DNA of 6,734 nt from Okeania sp. (GTDB taxonomy: Bacteria > Cyanobacteriota > Cyanobacteriia > Cyanobacteriales > Microcoleaceae): assembly GCF_035285525.1 (NCBI RefSeq), contig NZ_JAYKGW010000159.1, positions 1 through 6,734 of the forward strand, written 5' to 3'. The notes under the pieces were generated by a model, which saw nothing but the letters and a program-made list of their open reading frames with translations, did not search any database and was not told the origin of the DNA. Shown piece by piece: positions 1 through 6,383 of the stretch. Numbering within the stretch: the stretch's first letter is position 1; the number at the start of each line of letters is the position of its first letter. Position numbers and translations under genes: made by a program.

Positions 1-114
1 GGCATCGTGCTATTTTACCGGGCAGCTACCCACCGAGTATCTTCGCCACTGTAGCGTTTCACTTCCGAGTTCGGGATGGATCGGAGTGGTTCCACTACGT
101 CATAGACACCAGGA
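1..114 (-). rRNA. rrf: 5S ribosomal RNA, copy 1 (about 3 nt of its 3' end are cut off by the window start)
   Basis: The reverse complement reads TCCTGGTGTCTATGACGTAGTGGAACCACTCCGATCCATCCCGAACTCGGAAGTGAAACGCTACAGTGGCGAAGATACTCGGTGGGTAGCTGCCCGGTAAAATAGCACGATGCC. It has the bacterial 5S hallmark CCCGAACTCGGAAGTGAAAC, a cyanobacterial-type 5' end (TCCTGGTG) and the GGTAAAATAGC 3' region. It is identical to copy 2, where the helix-I partner CCAGG is visible. Confidence 0.9.
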
Positions 115-144
115 AAAGCTAATAATAGTTAGTTTATTATATTT

Positions 145-180
145 GCCTTTAACCTTTATAAGTTAGCAGGCGTTTTTTTT
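145..180 (+). terminator. Terminator-like hairpin plus T8 tract on the plus strand, lying between 5S copy 1 and its putative promoter
   Basis: GCCTTTAAC (145..153) pairs with GTTAGCAGGC (162..171), giving 9 pairs with one bulged C167 and one G-U pair, and an 8-nt loop. It is followed directly by G and T8 (173..180). The stem is AT-rich and weak, and no plus-strand gene is visible upstream of it. Confidence 0.3.
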
Positions 181-193
181 CCTTACATTTATT

Positions 194-222
194 ACTATAA
201 ATACCTTCTCTATAAATGTCAA
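194..222 (-). promoter_or_regulatory. Candidate sigma70-type promoter pointing at 5S copy 1
   Basis: The minus strand reads TTGACA (complement of 217..222), a 17-nt spacer, then TATAGT (complement of 194..199). The predicted start is near 185..188, about 70 nt upstream of the mature 5S 5' end at 114. The context is AT-rich, so a chance match is possible. Confidence 0.4.
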
Positions 223-252
223 CCCCCTAAGCAAAATTTTTTTTCTAAATAA

Positions 253-316
253 GGGAACAGGGAATAAGCAATGGACAATAGGCAATAGACAATAGGCAAT
301 AGACAATAGGCAATGG
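253..316. repeat. Heptanucleotide tandem array (STRR-like)
   Basis: GGGAACA GGGAATA A is followed by GCAATGG ACAATAG GCAATAG ACAATAG GCAATAG ACAATAG GCAATGG (268..316). That is seven units of RCAATRG, or 3.5 copies of a 14-mer. Confidence 0.85.
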
Positions 317-407
317 AAAGAAAGAATAATACCAATTAGCATGCATTAATGCTATACTTGAGCTACATTTCGACAGTAAAATAGTTACTGAGATTAAAAA
401 TTTGTTT

Positions 408-435
408 TTGACAATTCTTAGTCAATTCGTATAAA
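408..435 (+). promoter_or_regulatory. Candidate sigma70-type promoter for the kinase gene
   Basis: TTGACA (408..413), a 16-nt spacer, then TATAAA (430..435). If used, it gives a 5' leader of about 330 nt before the ATG at 776. This was the best -35/-10 pair I found in 230..775, but the region is AT-rich. Confidence 0.35.
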
Positions 436-561
436 CTTTTTCCAGTTTTTCTCTCCCCACACCGACCACACAAACCACACTTCTCCACCCAATTAAACAT
501 AGCATTCATGCATGAGAAATGGTATAAATGATTTCTGTCCGTTAATTTTAGGACTTATGCA

Positions 562-577
562 AAGAAACCCGGTTTTT
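562..577. repeat. Degenerate copy of the AGAAACC-N-GGTTTCT palindrome
   Basis: In AAGAAACC-C-GGTTTTT, the core AAACC (565..569) pairs with GGTTT (571..575). It has the same central C as the intragenic copy at 1825..1839. Confidence 0.6.
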
Positions 578-611
578 AGGATAAATCGTTGTTTTCAGCA
601 ATAGATGTCTA

Positions 612-630
612 CCAGAAACCAGGTTTCTGG
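612..630. repeat. Perfect 19-bp palindrome CCAGAAACC-A-GGTTTCTGG
   Basis: 612..620 is the exact reverse complement of 622..630. The same CCAGAAACC core occurs three times inside the CDS (1802..1810, 1823..1831, 1913..1921). Confidence 0.85.
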
Positions 631-775
631 GTTCACATGGCTTTAGTCCTGAATTTTTCTCCCTCTTGTTACCCCAGAATACTAACTTGAGAAACCTGAG
701 CCATCTAAAAAAAAGAAGTAAACTAGAAATATATATGGGCAAAAATTAGATTCTAATGATAAACAAACTGAGCCA

Positions 776-3700
776 ATGGGTAAAACAAAAACAATAAAAA
801 TAGCTAATTATCAAGCCCTGGAACTGATTTACGAAAGTGAGCGTACCGAAATATATCGGGGGCAGAATGTAGAGAATGGACAATCAGTTATTATCAAGTT
901 GATGCGTGATGAATATCCTTCTTTCAACAAATTGGTTCAGTTTAGAAATCAATATGCAATCACCCAAAATTTACAAGTAGAAGGTATCATCAAAACTTAT
1001 GGCCTGGTACGCTATAAAAACCGCTACGCCCTCATTATGGAAGATATAAGAGGGGTATCGTTAGACGAATATCAGCTTAGAGTATCTATAAATCTGTCAG
1101 AATTTCTTGATATTGCCATTCAACTTTCAGAAATTCTCCACCAACTCCATAATAACTCGATTATTCATAAAGATATTAAACCAGCAAATATCCTAATTGA
1201 TCCGGAAACTAAACAAGTCAAACTCATAGATTTTAGTATTTCGACTCTGTTACCAAAAGAAACTCAAACAGTTGAAACTCCCAAAGTATTAGAAGGAACT
1301 CCAGCTTATATATCTCCAGAACAAACAGGAAGGATGAATAGAGGAATTGACTATCGGAGTGATTTCTATTGTTTAGGAGTAACATTTTATGAATTATTAA
1401 GTGGAGGTTTACCTTTTAAGAGTAATGATGCTTTGGAACTAATTTATGCTCATATTGCCTTGTCCCCAATCCCTTTGAGAAATAGGGGGATATTAGAGGG
1501 AGAAATATGTCCGCAGCCCATATCAGATATGGTAATGAAACTGATGGCGAAAAATGCTGAAGACCGCTATCAGAGTGCTTTAGGATTGAAATATGACCTA
1601 GAAAAATGTCAGAGTGATTATAGAGAAAAGGGTGAAATAGAGTCGTTTGAATTAGGGGAACGAGATATTTGCGCTCGCTTTCTGATTCCGGAGAAATTAT
1701 ACGGACGGGAAGCAGAAATTAAAGCACTACTGGATGCTTTTGAACGAGTTAGTAATCCCCCCCAACCCCCCTTTGAAAGGGGGGAGTTACCGATTCCCAA
1801 CCCAGAAACCGGCTTTCCAGACCCAGAAACCCGGTTTCTTCGAGAAAGAACGGTAGCCAAAGGCAATCCCCCCCAACCCCCCTTTCAAAGGGGGGAGTTA
1901 CCGATTCCCAACCCAGAAACCGACTTTCTCACCCGTGAAATAGTAATGGTGGAGGGATTTTCTGGCATTGGCAAAACGGTTGTAATTAATGAGGTTCACA
2001 AACCAATAGTTAGACAACGGGGTTACTTTATCAAAGGAAAATTCGATCAATTTAATCGCAACATTCCTTTTAGTGCTTTTGTGCAAGCTTTTCGGAGCTT
2101 AATGGGGCAAATTATCAGCGAATCTGATGACGAGTTATCTACTTGGAAAGCAAAAATTCTGGAAACAGTCGGTACAAACGGACAAGTTTTAATAGATGTA
2201 ATCCCCGAACTAGAAAGAGTAATTGGCAAACAACCTCCGGTTCCGGAACTCTCAGGAAGTGCAGCCCAAAATCGCTTTAATCTCTTGTTTCAAAAATTTA
2301 TAGCTATCTTTGCCACCAAAGAACATCCCTTAGTCATATTTTTAGATGATTTACAATGGGTAGATTCTGCATCATTAAATTTAATGAAAGTGTTGATGGG
2401 AGATAATGAGATAGGTTATTTACTATTACTGGGAGCATATCGAGACAACGAAGTATTTCCCGCTCATCCTCTGATGTTAACTTTAGCAGATTTACAGAAA
2501 CAAAAGGTAGCTATTTCAACTATTACCCTCGCCCCCTTAGCTCAAAAACATATTAATCAGTTAGTAGCAGAAACTCTCAGTTGCAGTGTTAAGTTAGCTA
2601 TTCCTTTAACAGAACTAATTTATGGGAAAACCAAAGGGAACCCATTCTTTACCACCCAATTCTTAAAAGGATTATATGAAGATGAATTAATAGTATTTAA
2701 TTGGCATTTGGGATATTGGGAATCTGATTTGGTGAAGGTACAAGATGCAGCATTGACGGATGATGTGGTAGAATTTATGGCTGGGAGATTGCAAAAATTA
2801 CCGTCAAAAACCCAAGAAGTATTGAAGGTAGCAGCTTGTATTGGCAACGAATTTGATTTAGAAACATTGGCGATAGTGCGAGAAATTTCTTCAGAAGAAG
2901 CGGCAGCAGAAATATGGCGAGCGCTCCAGGAAAGGATTGTTTTACCAATCAGTGAAGCTTACAAATTTTTCCAAGGGGTGGTTGACTCCATTTCCATACA
3001 ACCAGAAATGATTGGTTATCGCTTTTTGCACGATCGCGTTCAACAAGCTGCTTATCAATTAATTCCAGATGCAGAAAAACAAATAGCTCATTATCATATC
3101 GGTAAGCGTCTTCTCTCTCGTCTTTCACTGGAGGAGCGAGAGAAATATCTGTTTGATATCGTTAATCATTTGAATATGGCGCTAGTTCTCATAGTGGATT
3201 CCAAGGAACGGGAACAATTGATGCAATTAAATCTGCAAGCTGGACGTAAAGCTAAGAATGCTTTAGCTTATCGAGCAGCGAGTGAATATTATGATACAGC
3301 TTGTCTTTTACTGAAAGATAGCAGTTGGCAAAACGATTATCAAAATCATTTAGCCGTTTATTCGGGAGCAGTGGAAACTGCTTTTTTATGTGGAGATTTC
3401 CCTCGCATGGAAGAGTTAGGAGAAATTGTACTTCAAGAAGCGCAAACATTTCTAGATTGTGTGAAAGTATATGAAATTAAAGTACAAGCAGCAATTGCTC
3501 AAAATCAACTTGATGCAGCTATTCAATTAGGTTTGCATTTTCTGAGAAATCTTGATATTCAACTTCCCGAACAAGTAACAAATTCGGAAATTGAGGCAGC
3601 TTTTGCTGAAAATGATGTTTTATTAGAAAAAATTGCTATCGAAGATGTGGTTAACTTCGAGCGCATGAGCGATTCCAATAAAGAGGCAGCAATACGGATG

Positions 3701-6334
3701 ATTACTATTGCTGGGTTAGCTATGTATGTTGCTAATCCAGAATTATTAATGTTAAGTGTAGCGCGACAAGTTAACCTCTGTTTGCAATATGGAAACACTT
3801 CTACTTCTGCTGATGCTTATGCTACCTACGGTCTGTTTCTTTGTGGCGAAATGGGAGAAATAGAAAAGGGGTATCAGTTTGGGGAACTTGCTATTGCAGT
3901 TCTGGAAAATCTGCAAACTATTGAAATTAAATCCTTAGTTTATGTTTTGTTTAATGGTTTTATTAGACATTGGAAATATCCTTGTCGAGATACTCTGCCA
4001 GATTTACAAAATGCCTACCACTGGGGTTTAGAAATGGGCGATCTCCAAAATGCTGCCCTCTCTGCTTATTGCTATTGTAGCCATCAATTTTTGTGTGGTG
4101 TAAATCTGGGAGATGTTCATAAAGAAATCGAACAGTACGCTCGTGCTGTGGAATCAATACAACAACTGGGAATCAAAGGTTGGCTCGATCCCTTGTTGGC
4201 ATTAACAGGAAAACTTATTAAACCCTCATCAACACCATTACTTTTATTATCCTCGATTACAGCAGAAAAAGAAACTATCGAAACTTTTAATCAAGACAGC
4301 GATCGTACAGGAATGTTTGTCTTTGCTTTTAGTAAAATGCTGTTAGCTTATTTATGGAATCAAACCGAGGAGGCGATCGCTGCTGCGAATATGGCTAGAG
4401 AATATCTTGATGGCATCACAGGTATGGCTTTCGTTTCCTGTTTCTACTTCTATGATACTGCTATTTTATTAAGCTCCCAACCAACTTCTCTTTCTTCTGA
4501 AGAGATAGATAAAATCGTCGATAATAAAAACAAACTACAAGATTTGTCTCAGTACGGTGCATCTAACTTACTTCATAAGTTTCAATTACTAGAAGCAGAG
4601 TATTATCGTTGGAATGGCGAGCATATTCTAGCGATGGAAATGTACGATCGCGCTATTGCTGGAGCCAAAGAAAATCATTACATTCAAGAAGAAGCCTTAG
4701 CAAATGAACTAGCAGCCAAATTTTATCTAGACTGGGATAAAGAAAAATTTGCCACACTTTATATGCAAGAAGCCTACTATTGTTATTCTCAATGGGGAGC
4801 CAAAGCCAAAGTAAAAGAGATAGAAAAACGCTATCCCAAACTTTTAGAACCAATTTTGCAAACCAACCTCTCCGCTGCCACAGCTAGCATTGCTCAAATT
4901 ACCAGTAATGATCGGACGCAAACAGCAACCGTTGCCAATATTTCCTCTATCATTGACTTTTCATCTTTATTAAAAGCTTCCCAAACTCTTTCCGGAGAAA
5001 TTGAACTCGATCGCTTACTCTCAACAGTAATGAAAATTATCATCGAAAATGCTGGAGCAACCAAAGGTGCATTATTATTAGTCGGAAAACAGGGATTAAC
5101 AGTAGAAGCGATCGCTAGTCGTACTGGAGTCAACAGTCAATTAACCATAGATTCTTTAAATCAATCTATTCCCCTCGAAGAAAATATTGACTTACCCGTA
5201 GGATTAGTTAACTTTGTCAGACGCACCGCAGAAACTGCAATTTTAGATGGGAAAACAGCCCAAGAACAATTTGCTGCCGATACTTATTTACTTCATTTTC
5301 ATCCCCAAAGTTTGCTGTGTATGCCTTTATTTGAACGAGGAAAATTAATCAGTATTCTCTATTTAGAAAATAGTTTGACCGCAGATGCTTTTACTGAAAA
5401 CAGGGTAAAAATTCTAGATACTTTGTGCGCTCAAGCAGCAATTTCCTTAGAAAATGCCAGATTATACCAACAAGCGCAAAAAGCACTCAAGGACTTGCAA
5501 CAGACTCAACTACAATTAGTACAACAGGAAAAAATGGCAACCTTGGGTAATTTGGTAGCAGGAGTTGCCCATGAAATTAATAATCCGATTGGGTTTATTA
5601 GAGGGAATATTGATGTAGCTCAAGACTATTTACAAGATTTACTTACTATACTAGCATTATATGCAGAAAATACCTCTCCACCAGAGTCAATTATGGCAGA
5701 GATAGAAGAATTAGAACAGGATTTTATTGCCGAAGATTTCCCGAAACTGATAACATCACTGGCAGAAGGATGTGACCGCATTCGCAATATTAGTACATCT
5801 TTGCGCACATTTTCACGGAGAGATACAACTACCAAAACAGAGTTTAATCTACATGATGGCATAGATAGCACTTTGTTAATTTTAAAATATCGTCTCAAAG
5901 CTAATCAAAACCGTCCCAGTATTGAGATTGTCAAAAATTACAGTCAGATACCGCTAGTGAAATGTTATGCAGGGCAACTAAATCAAGTATTTATGAATTT
6001 ATTGGCTAATGGGATTGATGCTTTAGAAGAAAGTAATAAAGGTAAAACTTTTACTGAGATAGAAAATAATCCCAATCGGATTACAATCAGAACGAAATTA
6101 AGCGCAGACAGCCAAAATGCCATAGTCGAAATTTCCGACAATGGAACGGGAATTCCAGAAGAAGTAAAAGAGAAGATATTTGAGCAAGGATTTACCACAA
6201 AAGAAGTCGGCAAAGGAACAGGTTTAGGAATGGCGATCGCTCATCAAATTATTACCGAGAAACATGGAGGTAAAATTATCTGCAATTCCAGAGTTGGCGA
6301 AGGTACAACTTTTACTATTATTATTCCAAAGTAA
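776..6334 (+). CDS. Multi-domain sensor multi-kinase (HstK-like dual kinase): Ser/Thr protein kinase + P-loop AAA_16/STAND-like NTPase + helical region + GAF + histidine kinase (HisKA/HATPase_c)
   Basis: The ORF is uninterrupted for 1852 codons, from ATG 776 to TAA 6332..6334. Kinase motifs: VIIK (K41), HKDIKPANIL (aa 131-140), DFS (aa 152-154), TPAYISPE (aa 175-182). NTPase motifs: LYGRE (aa 308-312), Walker A GFSGIGKT (aa 394-401), Walker B-like LVIFLDD (aa 519-525). The GAF-like region runs from DFSSLLKASQTLSGEIELDRLL to LENARLYQQ (aa ~1393-1566). Histidine-kinase motifs: H-box AGVAHEINNP (H1599), N-box NLLANGIDA, G1 DNGTGIPEE, G2 GKGTGLGMA. The N-terminus matches the usual start of this family just before the kinase domain. 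No clear Shine-Dalgarno sequence is present. Confidence 0.95.
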   Translation: MGKTKTIKIANYQALELIYESERTEIYRGQNVENGQSVIIKLMRDEYPSFNKLVQFRNQYAITQNLQVEGIIKTYGLVRYKNRYALIMEDIRGVSLDEYQLRVSINLSEFLDIAIQLSEILHQLHNNSIIHKDIKPANILIDPETKQVKLIDFSISTLLPKETQTVETPKVLEGTPAYISPEQTGRMNRGIDYRSDFYCLGVTFYELLSGGLPFKSNDALELIYAHIALSPIPLRNRGILEGEICPQPISDMVMKLMAKNAEDRYQSALGLKYDLEKCQSDYREKGEIESFELGERDICARFLIPEKLYGREAEIKALLDAFERVSNPPQPPFERGELPIPNPETGFPDPETRFLRERTVAKGNPPQPPFQRGELPIPNPETDFLTREIVMVEGFSGIGKTVVINEVHKPIVRQRGYFIKGKFDQFNRNIPFSAFVQAFRSLMGQIISESDDELSTWKAKILETVGTNGQVLIDVIPELERVIGKQPPVPELSGSAAQNRFNLLFQKFIAIFATKEHPLVIFLDDLQWVDSASLNLMKVLMGDNEIGYLLLLGAYRDNEVFPAHPLMLTLADLQKQKVAISTITLAPLAQKHINQLVAETLSCSVKLAIPLTELIYGKTKGNPFFTTQFLKGLYEDELIVFNWHLGYWESDLVKVQDAALTDDVVEFMAGRLQKLPSKTQEVLKVAACIGNEFDLETLAIVREISSEEAAAEIWRALQERIVLPISEAYKFFQGVVDSISIQPEMIGYRFLHDRVQQAAYQLIPDAEKQIAHYHIGKRLLSRLSLEEREKYLFDIVNHLNMALVLIVDSKEREQLMQLNLQAGRKAKNALAYRAASEYYDTACLLLKDSSWQNDYQNHLAVYSGAVETAFLCGDFPRMEELGEIVLQEAQTFLDCVKVYEIKVQAAIAQNQLDAAIQLGLHFLRNLDIQLPEQVTNSEIEAAFAENDVLLEKIAIEDVVNFERMSDSNKEAAIRMITIAGLAMYVANPELLMLSVARQVNLCLQYGNTSTSADAYATYGLFLCGEMGEIEKGYQFGELAIAVLENLQTIEIKSLVYVLFNGFIRHWKYPCRDTLPDLQNAYHWGLEMGDLQNAALSAYCYCSHQFLCGVNLGDVHKEIEQYARAVESIQQLGIKGWLDPLLALTGKLIKPSSTPLLLLSSITAEKETIETFNQDSDRTGMFVFAFSKMLLAYLWNQTEEAIAAANMAREYLDGITGMAFVSCFYFYDTAILLSSQPTSLSSEEIDKIVDNKNKLQDLSQYGASNLLHKFQLLEAEYYRWNGEHILAMEMYDRAIAGAKENHYIQEEALANELAAKFYLDWDKEKFATLYMQEAYYCYSQWGAKAKVKEIEKRYPKLLEPILQTNLSAATASIAQITSNDRTQTATVANISSIIDFSSLLKASQTLSGEIELDRLLSTVMKIIIENAGATKGALLLVGKQGLTVEAIASRTGVNSQLTIDSLNQSIPLEENIDLPVGLVNFVRRTAETAILDGKTAQEQFAADTYLLHFHPQSLLCMPLFERGKLISILYLENSLTADAFTENRVKILDTLCAQAAISLENARLYQQAQKALKDLQQTQLQLVQQEKMATLGNLVAGVAHEINNPIGFIRGNIDVAQDYLQDLLTILALYAENTSPPESIMAEIEELEQDFIAEDFPKLITSLAEGCDRIRNISTSLRTFSRRDTTTKTEFNLHDGIDSTLLILKYRLKANQNRPSIEIVKNYSQIPLVKCYAGQLNQVFMNLLANGIDALEESNKGKTFTEIENNPNRITIRTKLSADSQNAIVEISDNGTGIPEEVKEKIFEQGFTTKEVGKGTGLGMAIAHQIITEKHGGKIICNSRVGEGTTFTIIIPK
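806..1600 (+). other. Hanks-type Ser/Thr protein kinase domain (aa ~11-275)
   Basis: The catalytic loop is HKDIKPANIL. The Mg-binding motif is DFS rather than DFG. The activation-segment end is SPE rather than APE. The beta3 lysine lies in VIIK. The Gly-rich loop is degenerate (YESERTEIYRG). Confidence 0.85.
1754..1817 (+). repeat. 64-nt direct repeat, copy A, in frame inside the CDS (aa 327-347, NPPQPPFERGELPIPNPETGF)
   Basis: AATCCCCCCCAACCCCCCTTTGAAAGGGGGGAGTTACCGATTCCCAACCCAGAAACCGGCTTTC. It contains the 19-nt palindrome CCCCCCTTT-G-AAAGGGGGG (1766..1784). It is 62/64 identical to copy B. Confidence 0.9.
1865..1928 (+). repeat. 64-nt direct repeat, copy B, in frame inside the CDS (aa 364-384, NPPQPPFQRGELPIPNPETDF)
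   Basis: It is offset from copy A by exactly 111 nt (37 codons). The only mismatches are 1886 C (vs 1775 G) and 1923 A (vs 1812 G). Its palindrome CCCCCCTTT-C-AAAGGGGGG lies at 1877..1895. Confidence 0.9.
4373..4380. repeat. HIP1 octamer GCGATCGC
   Basis: Exact match to the highly iterated palindrome typical of cyanobacterial genomes. Confidence 0.8.
4952..5461 (+). other. GAF domain (aa ~1393-1562)
   Basis: The pattern is typical of GAF: L..SQ.LS.E..LD.LL..V...I.E..GA..G.L.L, running to P.SLLC.PL...GKLI.ILYLEN and ending before a coiled-coil linker into the H-box. Confidence 0.7.
5108..5115. repeat. HIP1 octamer GCGATCGC
   Basis: Exact match. Confidence 0.8.
5530..6331 (+). other. Histidine kinase core: HisKA dimerisation/phosphoacceptor plus HATPase_c
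   Basis: The H-box is EKMATLGNLVAGVAHEINNPIGFIRGN, with the phosphoacceptor His codon at 5570..5572. The N-box starts near 5996, the G1 Asp codon is at 6137..6139, and G2 (GKGTGLG) starts at 6209. Confidence 0.85.
6233..6240. repeat. HIP1 octamer GCGATCGC
   Basis: Exact match. Confidence 0.8.
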
Positions 6335-6383
6335 GGAAGAAGGAAGAAGGAAGAAGGAAGAAGGAAGAAGGAAGAAGGAAAAA
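6335..6383. repeat. Heptanucleotide tandem array (GGAAGAA)x6 plus GGAAAAA, starting at the first base after the stop codon
   Basis: There are six perfect GGAAGAA units (6335..6376) and one variant (6377..6383). The plus strand is purine-only from 6333 to 6386 (54 nt). Confidence 0.9.

Larger units (their letters stand above)
1688..2455 (+). other. P-loop NTPase domain (AAA_16/STAND-like, aa ~305-560), interrupted by the repeat block
   Basis: It contains the LYGREAEIKALLDAFERV helix, Walker A GFSGIGKT (nt 1955..1978) and Walker B-like LVIFLDDLQWVD (nt 2330..2365), followed by LLLGAYRDNEV. Confidence 0.75.

Noticed and set aside
374-390. Inverted repeat CAGTAA-N5-TTACTG (contains GTA-N7-TAC) just upstream of the -35 candidate; considered as an NtcA site
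   Set aside because: The NtcA consensus is GTA-N8-TAC centred near -41.5. Here the spacing is N7, and no suitable -10 element sits at the right distance. It may still be an operator, but the sequence alone does not support that.
337-515. Two palindromes built on GCATGC/ATGCAT cores (TAGCAT-N6-ATGCTA at 337..354; TCATGCATGA at 506..515)
   Set aside because: They are short, AT-rich and only loosely related to each other. They could be protein-binding or restriction-type sites, but the sequence shows nothing that separates them from chance palindromes.
508-646. Tiny upstream ORFs in the leader (508..531, 557..604 and 605..646; 7, 15 and 13 codons)
   Set aside because: They are very short, lack ribosome-binding sites and have nothing that can be checked for conservation. 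Such ORFs are expected by chance.
548-742. 64-aa minus-strand ORF in the region upstream of the kinase gene
   Set aside because: It spans the palindromic repeat copies. Its translation is low-complexity and basic or hydrophobic with no recognisable motif. It has no ribosome-binding site and sits inside the likely kinase leader, so it is most likely a chance ORF in AT-rich DNA.
1754-1928. The 64-nt repeat pair as a CRISPR array, intein or intron
   Set aside because: There are only two repeat copies, separated by a 47-nt spacer that itself contains related motifs, and all of it is in frame inside a CDS, which is not CRISPR-like. At about 60 aa, with no Cys/Ser...His-Asn splice junctions, it is too small for an intein. 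It is also too short and lacks the conserved structure of group I or II introns.
1618-6213. Eleven 60-90-aa minus-strand ORFs inside the large CDS
   Set aside because: All are antisense shadow ORFs within a continuous 1852-codon ORF rich in domain motifs. Their translations have no recognisable motifs. One (1618..1866) simply reads the G/C-run repeat block in reverse.
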